Of a stretch of DNA of 43,963 nt, positions 12,206-21,739 are shown in pieces (position 1 is the stretch's first letter; each line of letters begins with the position of its first letter). The notes below the pieces were generated by a model. The model saw only the letters and a program-made list of their open reading frames with translations, was not told where the DNA came from and did not search any database. A program made the position numbers and the translations under genes. The DNA is taken from sequence record SRR20825006_2499. One strand, 5' to 3'.

Positions 12206-13921
12206 TTACAAATTCATTTTTTTAAGTTCTTCTACCGCATGGTTTGCAGCTCTTGCTGTAAACGCCATATATCCTAAAGATGGATTATGACATGCTGAAG
12301 AAGTCATAAAAGCTCCATCTGTTACATATACGTTTGGCACAGCATGTAATTGGTTATTTTTATTTAATACTGAAGATTTAGGATCTCTTCCCATACGAGC
12401 AGTTCCCATTTCGTGAATTCCTAATCCCATTCCTCCAATACTATCATATGTAGAAATATCTTTAAAACCAGCAGCTTCCAACATTTCGGCAGCTTGTTGC
12501 TTCATGTCTTTACGCATTGCTAATTCGTTTTCACCAAAATCAGCATCAAAAGTTACCGTTGGTAATCCCCACTCATCCTTTTTATCATAATCAAGATACA
12601 TACGGTTTTTATGATCTGGAAGCGTTTCTCCAAAAGCAGTCATTCCCATAGTCCAGTCTCCTGGCTCCATAATTGCTTCTTTCAATTCTTTTCCATAAGC
12701 AAGCTCACGGATAGATTCAGACCAATCTCCTCTACTTGCACCACCTTGATATCCGTAACCTCTAATAAAGTCTTTACGGTCTGTGGCACCTCCTAGATTT
12801 CTAAAACGCGGAATGTAAACCCCGTTTGGTCTTCTTCCTTTGTAATATTTATCGTGGAAACCGTCAAACTTCCCGCTAGCACCTACTCTAAAGTGATGAT
12901 CCATTAAGTTATGACCTAGTTCTCCGCTGTCGTTCCCCATTCCGTCTGGGAATCTTTCAGATTTAGACTGTAATAAAATAGAAGCTGAAGCAATTGCAGA
13001 AGCACATAAAAAGATAACTTTTGCTTTAAACTCCATTGTTTCTTTAGTTTCCGCATCAATAACACGAACTCCAGTTGCTTTTCCTGTTTCAGAATCATAT
13101 ATTATTTCATGCACAATAGAATTTGGACGAAGCGTCATGTTTCCTGTTGCTTCTGCAGTAGGTAATGTAGATGAGTTACTACTGAAGTATGCTCCAAAAG
13201 GACACCCTCTAATACATCTATTTCTATATTGACATGGACCTCTTCCTTGTCCTTCTTTTGTTCCTTGAGTAATATGAGCTACACGTCCAATTGTAATGGT
13301 ACGGTCTCCAAATTTTTCTTCAATAATATCTTTAAAATGGTCTTCCACACAATTTAAATCCATTGGAGGTAAGAATTTACCATCAGGCAAAACAGGTAAA
13401 CCTAAATTTACACCACTTACTCCAATAAATTGCTCTACTTTATCGTACCATGGTTTTATTTCATCATAACGAATAGGCCAATCTACAGCAATCCCATCTT
13501 TAAGATTTGCTTCAAAATCAACATCTCCCATTCGGTAGCTTTGGCGCCCCCACATTAGTGAACGTCCTCCAACATGATATCCACGCATCCAATCAAAGCG
13601 GCGGTCTTCATTATAAGGATGCTTAACATCATCAACAAAAAAGTGTTCGCTTGCTGCACTAACTGTGTAACCTGTTCTGTTTTGTTTGAATTTTCTTTCT
13701 TTTACTTCTCTGGAAGCTGCGCCTCCGTTTGGCATATCCCATGGATCTAAATTTGCTGTTGGGTAGTCTTCCACATGTTTTACCATACGGCCTCTTTCCA
13801 AAACCAACGTTTTTAATCCATTTTCACAAAGTTCTTTTGCTGCCCAGCCACCAGAAACTCCAGTTCCTACGACTATAGCATCATACTCCTCTTGAGGGGA
13901 ATTGTAATAAAATGTACTCAT
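12206..13921 (-). CDS. GMC oxidoreductase, glucoside 3-dehydrogenase (LacA-like) catalytic subunit
   Basis: GTGVSGG FAD motif, VGGRSLMWG, CQYRNRCIRGC Fe-S motif, HEMGTARMG, NPSL. Confidence 0.88.
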   Translation of the reverse strand: MSTFYYNSPQEEYDAIVVGTGVSGGWAAKELCENGLKTLVLERGRMVKHVEDYPTANLDPWDMPNGGAASREVKERKFKQNRTGYTVSAASEHFFVDDVKHPYNEDRRFDWMRGYHVGGRSLMWGRQSYRMGDVDFEANLKDGIAVDWPIRYDEIKPWYDKVEQFIGVSGVNLGLPVLPDGKFLPPMDLNCVEDHFKDIIEEKFGDRTITIGRVAHITQGTKEGQGRGPCQYRNRCIRGCPFGAYFSSNSSTLPTAEATGNMTLRPNSIVHEIIYDSETGKATGVRVIDAETKETMEFKAKVIFLCASAIASASILLQSKSERFPDGMGNDSGELGHNLMDHHFRVGASGKFDGFHDKYYKGRRPNGVYIPRFRNLGGATDRKDFIRGYGYQGGASRGDWSESIRELAYGKELKEAIMEPGDWTMGMTAFGETLPDHKNRMYLDYDKKDEWGLPTVTFDADFGENELAMRKDMKQQAAEMLEAAGFKDISTYDSIGGMGLGIHEMGTARMGRDPKSSVLNKNNQLHAVPNVYVTDGAFMTSSACHNPSLGYMAFTARAANHAVEELKKMNL

Positions 13922-13952
13922 TTTTTTTAGCTTGTTTACAATAGTAGTTCTC

Positions 13953-13960
13953 CAAATATA
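13953..13960 (-). promoter_or_regulatory. sigma-A -7 element for the GMC operon
   Basis: TATATTTG on the minus strand, 31 nt upstream of the ATG. Confidence 0.55.
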
Positions 13961-14064
13961 AAAATTAATTTTTTACATTAGACGAATATTTTAATTATCA
14001 ATTAATCATTTTAACAACATTAACATTGTTGATTTAATAATTTTCGACCTAATAACCTACGAAT

Positions 14065-15090
14065 ATGAAGAGAAGAAATTTTATTAGAAACACTAGTCAA
14101 GCAGGCTTAGCGCTCTCATTTTTAGGGATGTACGCCTGTAAAGAAACTCCTTCAAAAGAAGCAATTCCCGAAGAGGAAGCAGCCGTTTTTGAACCTTTTT
14201 TTAAATTATCATTAGCACAATGGTCTCTTCATAAAATGATCTGGGAAGAAAAATTAAATCCAATGGATTTTGCAAAAAAAGCAAAAGATTTAGGTTTTGA
14301 AGGTTTAGAATATGTAAATCAACTTTATAATAAAGAACTCGAAAAAAGAGGAAACAACAATAATGCAATTATTTCTTTAGCTGAAGATTTAAAAAAAATA
14401 AGCGATCAGCAGCAAATGAAAAATCAGATTATGATGGTTGATTTACAGGGAGACGAAAATTTACTTTCTACCCCCAATCAAACACATCGAAAACAAGGAG
14501 TGGAAAATCATAAAATCTGGATTGATGCTACTGCAATTTTAGGATGCCATTCCATGCGGATTAATTTATTTGGATCTAACGATGAAGAGGTTTGGAAAGA
14601 AAATTCCATCGCTTCTTTAAAGGAACTTTCTGAATATGCTTCAGAAAAAAATGTAAATATAATTGTAGAAAACCATGGTTACCTCTCTTCAAATGGCGCA
14701 CTCATGGCCGAAGTTATGGAAACTGTTAATAAAGAAAATTGCGGTACATTACCCGATTTTGGAAATTTCTGCTTAAAAAGAGAAGACAATAAATTATGGG
14801 ACGCACCTTGTATTGAAGAATATGATATCTATAAAGGTGTTGAAGAATTAATGCCATTTGCAAAAGGAGTTAGTGCAAAAACTTTTAACTTTGACGAAAA
14901 TGGCAACGAAACAACCATCGATTTTTATAAAATGATGAAAATTGTTAAAGATGCAGGGTTTACTGGTTTTGTTGGAGTAGAATATGAAGGAGAAGAATTA
15001 TCCGAAGAAAAAGGAATTTTAGCAACAAAAGCATTATTATTAGCTGTTGCAAAAAAATTAAGTGAGACTTCAACAACCAATCAAGCATAA
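14065..15090 (+). CDS. Sugar-phosphate isomerase/epimerase family TIM barrel (AP_endonuc_2), Tat lipoprotein; likely 3-ketoglycoside lyase/hydratase
   Basis: MKRRNFI plus MYAC lipobox; SLAQWSLH, VENHG, LPDFGNF, GVSAK, GVEYEG. Confidence 0.8.
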   Translation: MKRRNFIRNTSQAGLALSFLGMYACKETPSKEAIPEEEAAVFEPFFKLSLAQWSLHKMIWEEKLNPMDFAKKAKDLGFEGLEYVNQLYNKELEKRGNNNNAIISLAEDLKKISDQQQMKNQIMMVDLQGDENLLSTPNQTHRKQGVENHKIWIDATAILGCHSMRINLFGSNDEEVWKENSIASLKELSEYASEKNVNIIVENHGYLSSNGALMAEVMETVNKENCGTLPDFGNFCLKREDNKLWDAPCIEEYDIYKGVEELMPFAKGVSAKTFNFDENGNETTIDFYKMMKIVKDAGFTGFVGVEYEGEELSEEKGILATKALLLAVAKKLSETSTTNQA

Positions 15091-15106
15091 CTATTTTTGA
15101 ATATAC

Positions 15107-15137
15107 AATCCCAATTTGCAAGCATTGGGATTCTTTA
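15107..15137 (+). terminator. Intergenic hairpin / possible terminator
   Basis: AATCCCAAT-N8-ATTGGGATT followed by CTTTT. Confidence 0.55.
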
Positions 15138-15172
15138 TAATTACTAACTATAACTATTAAACGCAAGCGAAC

Positions 15173-16402
15173 ATGAACAAAAAAATTCAATTTCAGCTAT
15201 CCTTTATGATGTTCTTAGAATTCTTCATTTGGGGAGGCTGGTTTGTAACGCTAGGAACTTTTCTTGGCAACAACTTAGAAGCTACAGGCGCACAATCTGC
15301 CATGGCATTTTCAACTCAATCTTGGGGCGCAATTATTGCTCCATTTATTATAGGACTTATTGCCGACCGTTATTTTAATGCCGAAAGAATTTTAGGGGTA
15401 TTACACATTATTGGCGCAATTTTGATGTATTTAATGTACCAAAGTACAGATTTTGGTGCCTTTTACCCATATGTACTAGCATACATGATTGCCTTTATGC
15501 CAACCCTGGCCTTGGTAAATTCTATTTCTTTTAACCAAATGACCGACCCTGGAAAACAATTTTCTTTTGTAAGAGTTTTTGGAACCATTGGATGGATTGT
15601 TGCAGGAAGTGTAATTAGTTACCTTGCTTGGGATTCTAGTGAAAATATTGCCCAAGGAATGCTTAAAAATACCTTTTTAATGACAGCCATTGTTTCTGCT
15701 GCTCTAGGTATATTTAGTTTTACTTTACCTAAAACACCACCAAAAGTTAATAAAGAAGAAAAAGCAAGTATCTCAGAAATTTTAGGTTTAGATGCCTTGA
15801 AATTATTAAAGGATAGAAACTTTTTATTATTCTTTATTTCTTCCGTATTAATATGTATTCCATTGGCTTTTTATTACCAAAATGCGAGTCCTTTTTTAAC
15901 TGAAATTGGCGTTGAGAATTCAACTTTTAAAATGTCTTTCGGACAAATGTCAGAAGTATTATTTATGCTTCTTTTACCATTTTTCTTTAAAAAATTTGGC
16001 TTCAAAAAAACAATTCTTGCAGGAATGCTTGCTTGGACTTTACGCTATATATTATTTGCTTTTGGAGACTCCGGAGATTTAGTTTTTATGCTTATTATAG
16101 GAATTGCTTTACACGGACTTTGCTATGATTTCTTCTTTGTATCTGGACAAATCTATACCGACTCTAAAGCTGGTGCTAAATATAAAAGTGCTGCACAAGG
16201 GCTTATTACCCTTGCAACCTACGGGGTTGGAATGTTAATTGGTTTTGAAATTGCAGGAATGATTTCTGACAAATTCTTAATTGCTGAAGGGTCTCACGAC
16301 TGGTATAGCATTTGGATTTACCCTGCTGGTTTTGCACTTGCCGTAGCGGTATTGTTTGCTATCTTTTTTAAAGATGAAAAAATAGAATACAAAGAGCAAT
16401 AA
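15173..16402 (+). CDS. MFS permease, nucleoside:H+ symporter (NupG-like) family
   Basis: About 12 TM segments; MMFLEFFIWGGW, RVFGTIGW, GQMSE, HGLCYDFFF, SAAQG. Confidence 0.88.
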   Translation: MNKKIQFQLSFMMFLEFFIWGGWFVTLGTFLGNNLEATGAQSAMAFSTQSWGAIIAPFIIGLIADRYFNAERILGVLHIIGAILMYLMYQSTDFGAFYPYVLAYMIAFMPTLALVNSISFNQMTDPGKQFSFVRVFGTIGWIVAGSVISYLAWDSSENIAQGMLKNTFLMTAIVSAALGIFSFTLPKTPPKVNKEEKASISEILGLDALKLLKDRNFLLFFISSVLICIPLAFYYQNASPFLTEIGVENSTFKMSFGQMSEVLFMLLLPFFFKKFGFKKTILAGMLAWTLRYILFAFGDSGDLVFMLIIGIALHGLCYDFFFVSGQIYTDSKAGAKYKSAAQGLITLATYGVGMLIGFEIAGMISDKFLIAEGSHDWYSIWIYPAGFALAVAVLFAIFFKDEKIEYKEQ

Positions 16403-16503
16403 TATAGAGGTTTGGAATTAAGAGTTTAGGCGTGTATAAATTGTAAAACACCCATAACTTCTTCCATGTACTCTTTTTAACTTTATAATATTTAACTAAC
16501 AAT

Positions 16504-17640
16504 ATGAGTAAGAAAATAAGATTAGGAATTTTAGGAGGCGGAGGCGATTCGTTAATTGGTGTTTTGCACCGTATCGCTTCTTCTATGTACGATAGCTACC
16601 AATTGGTTGGAGGTGTTTTTAATCCGAATTACGATGATAATATAGGGTTTGCTGAACAAATTGGCATCCCAACAAATCGAATTTATAAAGATTTTGATGT
16701 ATTTATTGAGGAAGAATTAAAACTTCCTGAAGATGAGCGCATCCAAGTAGTTTCGATTTTAACACCTAACTTTTTACATTTTCCGATGGCAAAAAAACTA
16801 TTGGAATCTGGTTTTAATGTTATCTGTGAAAAACCAATGACCACAACATTTGAAGAAGCTCAAATTCTTCAAAAAACATTGGAAAAAGCAAATACTATTT
16901 TTGCTGTAACTTATACCTATACAGGCTACCCAATGGTCCGCCAGATGAAAGAGATGATTTCTACTGGAGTAATTGGGAAGGTTCAAAAAATAGATGTTCA
17001 ATATTATCAAGGTTGGATTAATCCAATTATTCACGATAAAGAAAAAAGAGCTAGCACCTGGCGTTTAGATCCAGAGAAGTCTGGAATTAGCTGTTGCGTT
17101 GGAGATATTGGAACACATGGTTTTGATATGATTGAGTATGTTACAGGGATGGAAGTAAAAACCATTCTAGCCGACCTCAATTATTTATATGCCGACAACA
17201 AAATGGATATTGACGGAACTATTTTACTTCGCTTTGCGGAAAATGTAAAAGGAGTTTTAAGAACAAGCCAAATTGCTACTGGAGAAGAAAACAATTTTAC
17301 TGTAAAAATTTACGGAGATAAAGGTGGTTTAAAATGGGAGCAAGAAAATCCAAACTATTTACACCACCTAACTGAAGATGAACCATTAAAAGTTTTAAAA
17401 CCAGGGCATGCTTATAACAGTGCATTTTCTTTAGACGGAACAAAACTTCCTCCAGGACATCCAGAAGGAATTTTTGACTCCATGGGTAATATTTACAAAG
17501 GAGTTGCTAAAGCCATCCGAAAAGAAAAATACCATCCAGGAGAATTTCCAACTATGAAAGATGGAGTGCGTGGAATGAATTTTATTGAACGTGCAGTAGC
17601 CTCACATCAACAAGGAAATGTTTGGGTAGAAGTTAAATAA
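16504..17640 (+). CDS. Gfo/Idh/MocA oxidoreductase (copy 1)
   Basis: GILGGG, TPNFLH, CEKPMT, DIGTH, GHPEG. Confidence 0.9.
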   Translation: MSKKIRLGILGGGGDSLIGVLHRIASSMYDSYQLVGGVFNPNYDDNIGFAEQIGIPTNRIYKDFDVFIEEELKLPEDERIQVVSILTPNFLHFPMAKKLLESGFNVICEKPMTTTFEEAQILQKTLEKANTIFAVTYTYTGYPMVRQMKEMISTGVIGKVQKIDVQYYQGWINPIIHDKEKRASTWRLDPEKSGISCCVGDIGTHGFDMIEYVTGMEVKTILADLNYLYADNKMDIDGTILLRFAENVKGVLRTSQIATGEENNFTVKIYGDKGGLKWEQENPNYLHHLTEDEPLKVLKPGHAYNSAFSLDGTKLPPGHPEGIFDSMGNIYKGVAKAIRKEKYHPGEFPTMKDGVRGMNFIERAVASHQQGNVWVEVK

Positions 17641-17663
17641 TTTCTACTCAATTATGATAATTT

Positions 17664-17699
17664 AGGCTGTGCGTATGTATACACACAGCCTTGTTTTTT
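17664..17699 (+). terminator. Intrinsic terminator between the two Gfo genes
   Basis: AGGCTGTG...CACAGCCT stem followed by TGTTTTTT. Confidence 0.7.
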
Positions 17700-17735
17700 A
17701 ATAAAACTAAATTTATATTCAGTAATAAAAAAACA

Positions 17736-18881
17736 ATGAGAAAATTAAGAATGGGAATGGTCGGTGGTGGCATTGGCTCTTTTATGGGCGATGTACACCG
17801 AAAAGCATCTGGCCTTGATGGAATGATAGAGTTAGTATGCGGTGCATTTAATAGCTCTCTAGAAAAAACAATTGCCTCTGGGAAAGCATTATATCTTCCT
17901 GAAGATAGATGCTACGGAAGTTATCAAGAGATGATTGAAAAAGAAAAACAACTCCCAGAAGGAGAGCGAATGGATTTTGTAACTATTGTTACGCCAAACC
18001 ACTTACATTTTGAGCCAGCTAAAATGGCTCTAGAAAATGGTTTTCATGTAGTTTGTGACAAACCTATGACGCTTACTGTTGAAGAAGCAAAAACACTTGA
18101 AAAATTAGTTGAAAAAACAGGACTCCTCTTTGCTTTGACTCACAATTACACAGGCAACGCCATGGTAAAACAAGCCAGAGCAATGGTTTTAAACGGGGAT
18201 TTAGGAGCTATTTACAAAGTACAAGTGCAGTATTTACAAGGGTGGATGACCGCCGAAGTAAATGAACAGGCAAAAATTAAACCTTGGAGGGCAGATCCTA
18301 CAAAATCTGGTATTGGAGGTTCTTTAGCAGATATAGGCACACATGCAGAAAACTTGGTATCCTATATTACTAATTCTGAGATTGCAGAAGTTGCAGCAGA
18401 TTTAGGGAGAATTGGAAAAGACCGTGTACTTGATAACGATGGAAACATTCTTTTACGAATGAAAAATGGAGCCAAAGGAACAATGTCAATCTCTCAAGTT
18501 GCCACTGGAGAAGAAAATGCCTTGATTGTAAAAATATATGGTAGCAAAGGAAGTATTGAATGGAATCAAGAAGATTCCACAAAACTTATTGCCAAGTGGG
18601 TTGACAAACCTCAGCAAACTTTTACTCCAGACGGGATAGCTATTTATGATAATGTAAGAGCTATATCTAGAATTCCAAAAGGACACCCAGAAGGCTATTT
18701 AGAGGCATTTGGAAATATATATAAAGCCTTTGGATTACACCTAATGAGTATATTAGAGAACAAAACCATAGAGAAACCCGATTATCCTTCAGTAAAAGAA
18801 GGCGTTAATGGGGTTGAGTTTATTTATGCTGCAGTAAAAAGTGATAAGGAAAATTCCGTTTGGACGGCTTTAAAAGCATAA
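17736..18881 (+). CDS. Gfo/Idh/MocA oxidoreductase (copy 2)
   Basis: GMVGGG, TPNHLH, CDKPMT, DIGTH, GHPEG. Start reassigned to ATG 17736 (MRKLRMG) because TTG 17691 lies in the terminator. Confidence 0.9.
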   Translation: MRKLRMGMVGGGIGSFMGDVHRKASGLDGMIELVCGAFNSSLEKTIASGKALYLPEDRCYGSYQEMIEKEKQLPEGERMDFVTIVTPNHLHFEPAKMALENGFHVVCDKPMTLTVEEAKTLEKLVEKTGLLFALTHNYTGNAMVKQARAMVLNGDLGAIYKVQVQYLQGWMTAEVNEQAKIKPWRADPTKSGIGGSLADIGTHAENLVSYITNSEIAEVAADLGRIGKDRVLDNDGNILLRMKNGAKGTMSISQVATGEENALIVKIYGSKGSIEWNQEDSTKLIAKWVDKPQQTFTPDGIAIYDNVRAISRIPKGHPEGYLEAFGNIYKAFGLHLMSILENKTIEKPDYPSVKEGVNGVEFIYAAVKSDKENSVWTALKA

Positions 18882-18979
18882 TTTTAAGACTAATTATTTT
18901 TTATCAATTTTATTTCTGAATAAATTGCTAATTAAATCACTAAAACGATTTTATAATATTCAACTAAATACATCAATAA

Positions 18980-20032
18980 ATGAAAACTATAAAAGGCCCT
19001 GCGGTATTTTTAGCGCAGTTTGTAGATGACAAAGCCCCTTTTAATTCTCTTGACGGAATTTGTAAATGGGCAGCCGATTTAGGCTATAAAGGAATCCAGA
19101 TTCCAACCACCGAAAAGTTCTTAATCGATTTAGATAAAGCGGCGGAAAGCAAAACATATTGCGATGATCTTAAAGGAAAAATTAATTCCTACGGGTTAGA
19201 GATTACAGAGCTATCTACGCACTTACAAGGGCAACTAGTGGCAGTAAACCCTGCCTATGATATTATGTTTGATAATTTTGCCCCAGACAATGTAAAAAAT
19301 AACCCTAAAGCACGTACCGAATGGGCTATAGACCAGATGAAGAAAGCTGCAAAAGCCAGTAATTATTTAGGGTTAAATGCGCATGCAACCTTTTCAGGCT
19401 CCTTACTTTGGCACACTTTCCATCCTTGGCCACAAAGACCACCAGGATTGGTAGAAATGGGATTTGAAGAATTAGCAAAACGCTGGCTCCCTATTTTAAA
19501 TGAATTTGATGAGCAAGGCGTTGATGTTTGTTATGAAATACATCCAGGAGAAGACCTTCACGATGGAGATACTTTTGAACGTTTTTTAGAAGCTACTGGC
19601 AATCACAAACGTGTAAATATTTTGTACGACCCATCTCATTTTGTCCTTCAACAGTTAGACTATATTGAGTATATTGATCATTATCATGAATTTATCAAAT
19701 CCTTCCATGTAAAAGATTCCGAATTTAATCCGACAGGAAAAAAAGGAGCATTTGGAGGATATAATAATTGGGGAGACCGTGCAGGAAGATATCGCTCTTT
19801 AGGAGACGGACAAATAGATTTTAAAAGAATCTTTTCAAAACTCACTCAATACGGATGTGATGTTTGGGCAGTTATGGAATGGGAATGTTGTATTAAAAGT
19901 CCAGAACAAGGAGCAAGAGAAGGTGCGCCTTTTATCCAAAAACATATTATTGAAGCTACGGAAAAAGTATTCGACGATTTTGCAGGTGGAGACACAGACG
20001 ACGCAAAATTGAAAAAAATACTAGGATTATAA
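18980..20032 (+). CDS. Sugar-phosphate isomerase/epimerase family (IolE-like TIM barrel), cytoplasmic
   Basis: YEIHPGEDLHDG, YDPSH, FHVKD, MEWECC; no signal peptide. Confidence 0.85.
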   Translation: MKTIKGPAVFLAQFVDDKAPFNSLDGICKWAADLGYKGIQIPTTEKFLIDLDKAAESKTYCDDLKGKINSYGLEITELSTHLQGQLVAVNPAYDIMFDNFAPDNVKNNPKARTEWAIDQMKKAAKASNYLGLNAHATFSGSLLWHTFHPWPQRPPGLVEMGFEELAKRWLPILNEFDEQGVDVCYEIHPGEDLHDGDTFERFLEATGNHKRVNILYDPSHFVLQQLDYIEYIDHYHEFIKSFHVKDSEFNPTGKKGAFGGYNNWGDRAGRYRSLGDGQIDFKRIFSKLTQYGCDVWAVMEWECCIKSPEQGAREGAPFIQKHIIEATEKVFDDFAGGDTDDAKLKKILGL

Positions 20033-20050
20033 AAAACTAAAAACAAACAT

Positions 20051-20803
20051 ATGAAAACTATTAACTATTTATTTATAGCATCACTCGCAATGATGTCTTG
20101 CAAGCAACAAAATAATGATAAAACTGCTTCTGAAGAAAGTATTAAAACAGAAACGGAGGCTACCCAAGAATTAGCTTCTAATAATGACGGATGGAAAATA
20201 CTATTTGATGGAACAAACTTTGATTCTTGGCACATGTTTAATGGTGGCGAAGTAAACGATTCTTGGACAATCAAAGATGACGCAATGGTATTAACTCCAA
20301 GTGAAAACGCTGGAAATATTGTTACAAATGAAGAATTTAAAAATTTCGAACTTTCTTTAGAATGGAAAATTTCTGAAGGTGGAAATAGTGGTTTTTTCTG
20401 GGGTATCATAGAAGATAAAAAATACCATGAGCCCTATCAAACTGGACCGGAAATCCAAATAATTGATAATGAAAAACATCCAGATGCAAAAAATGGTGAG
20501 AGTCACCAAGCAGGAGCTTTATACGATATGATTGCCCCAAGTGAAAAAGTAGCTAGACCAGCTGGAGAATGGAACACATGTATTTTGGTAATTAACCATA
20601 AAACAAATCAAGGTTCTGTAACTTTAAACGGTACGGAAATTGTTAAATTCCCAGTTCATGGAGATAAATGGGAAGAAATGATAGCAAATTCTAAATTTAA
20701 AGGATGGGATGGCTTTGGAGCTTCAGAAACTGGAAAAATTGGTTTACAATATCACGGAGATGAAGTTTCTTTTAGAAATATAAAAATAAAAGAGCTTAAT
20801 TAA
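20051..20803 (+). CDS. DUF1080 (3-keto-disaccharide hydrolase) lipoprotein, copy 1
   Basis: MMSC lipobox; LFDG, ELSLEWK, GNSG, EIQIIDN, GALYD, GEWN, LQYHG, FRNIKIKEL. Confidence 0.88.
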   Translation: MKTINYLFIASLAMMSCKQQNNDKTASEESIKTETEATQELASNNDGWKILFDGTNFDSWHMFNGGEVNDSWTIKDDAMVLTPSENAGNIVTNEEFKNFELSLEWKISEGGNSGFFWGIIEDKKYHEPYQTGPEIQIIDNEKHPDAKNGESHQAGALYDMIAPSEKVARPAGEWNTCILVINHKTNQGSVTLNGTEIVKFPVHGDKWEEMIANSKFKGWDGFGASETGKIGLQYHGDEVSFRNIKIKELN

Positions 20804-20805
20804 GG

Positions 20806-21633
20806 ATGAAAAAAATACTATTTAGCGCCCTATTAATTGGTGCTATTGCGGCGTGTAATTCGCCTCAAAAAGAAGAACAAAAAGTAGAAGTCCCTAAAAC
20901 TGAAGAAAAATCTGACGTTATAACTTATGAAGAATATTCTGGGGAAGAACCAACTACTCCTGAAGAAACAGAATTTTACAAACCTGTTGCTCCAACTGTA
21001 AATCCAACCGAAAAAAATGGAGCTCCTAGTGATGCTATTATCCTTTTTGACGGAAAAAATTTAGACAATTGGATTAGCTCTAAAGACAGTACTGCTGCTG
21101 CTTGGACTTTGAATAAAGACGGAAGTATGACCGTAAAAGATAAAGCGGGCGATATTCAAACCAAACAGAGTTTTGGAAGCATTCAATTACATATAGAGTG
21201 GAAATCGCCTGCCAAAATTCAAGGAGACGGACAACACAGAGCCAATAGTGGTGTGTTTTTACAAAACCTATATGAAGTTCAAGTATTAGACAATAATAAC
21301 AACAACACATATACAAATGGGCAAGTAGGCGCTATTTACAAACAAGGTGTACCGTTAGCAAAGGCTTCTGTGCCAACTGGAGATTGGAATACATATGATA
21401 TTATTTACCATGAACCTGAATTTAATAGTGAAGGAGGGAAAATAAAATCGGCTACTATAACCGTTTTACATAACGGCGTACTAATTCAAGACCATACTGA
21501 AATAAAAGGTACTACCCCTTATATTGGATGGCCTAAAAATGAAGCGCACGGCGATGGCCCAATAAGACTTCAAGATCACGGCGATAATAGTCGTGTTAGC
21601 TATAGAAATATTTGGGTGAGAGAATTGAAGTAA
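20806..21633 (+). CDS. DUF1080 (3-keto-disaccharide hydrolase) lipoprotein, copy 2
   Basis: IAAC lipobox; PSDAIILFDG, QLHIEW, NSGVF, YEVQVLD, LQDHG, YRNIWVREL. Confidence 0.88.
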   Translation: MKKILFSALLIGAIAACNSPQKEEQKVEVPKTEEKSDVITYEEYSGEEPTTPEETEFYKPVAPTVNPTEKNGAPSDAIILFDGKNLDNWISSKDSTAAAWTLNKDGSMTVKDKAGDIQTKQSFGSIQLHIEWKSPAKIQGDGQHRANSGVFLQNLYEVQVLDNNNNNTYTNGQVGAIYKQGVPLAKASVPTGDWNTYDIIYHEPEFNSEGGKIKSATITVLHNGVLIQDHTEIKGTTPYIGWPKNEAHGDGPIRLQDHGDNSRVSYRNIWVRELK

Positions 21634-21657
21634 TTCTCTATAATTGACAGAAAAAAT

Positions 21658-21692
21658 AAATAGGCTACTGATACAAAATCAGTAGCCTATTT
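21658..21692. terminator. Bidirectional intrinsic terminator
   Basis: AAATAGGCTACTGAT-N5-ATCAGTAGCCTATTT with A/T tracts on both sides. A second hairpin, AGGCTCTAG-A-CTAGAGCCT, lies at 21714..21732. Confidence 0.85.
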
Positions 21693-21739
21693 TTATTTTA
21701 TTCTAATTTATTTAGGCTCTAGACTAGAGCCTTTATTTA

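Noticed and set aside
14010-14037. TTAACA repeats in the GMC / TIM-barrel divergent spacer
   Set aside because: Too short and AT-rich to separate from background without a motif search.
18939-18954. ACTAAAACGATTTTAT, a LacI-operator-like sequence before the IolE-like gene
   Set aside because: Weak symmetry in AT-rich DNA, no second copy noticed and no LacI gene in the window.
15173-20032. Reading the cluster as nucleoside or myo-inositol catabolism
   Set aside because: No nucleoside hydrolase/phosphorylase or iolB/C/D genes; the GMC and DUF1080 context fits the 3-ketoglycoside route better.
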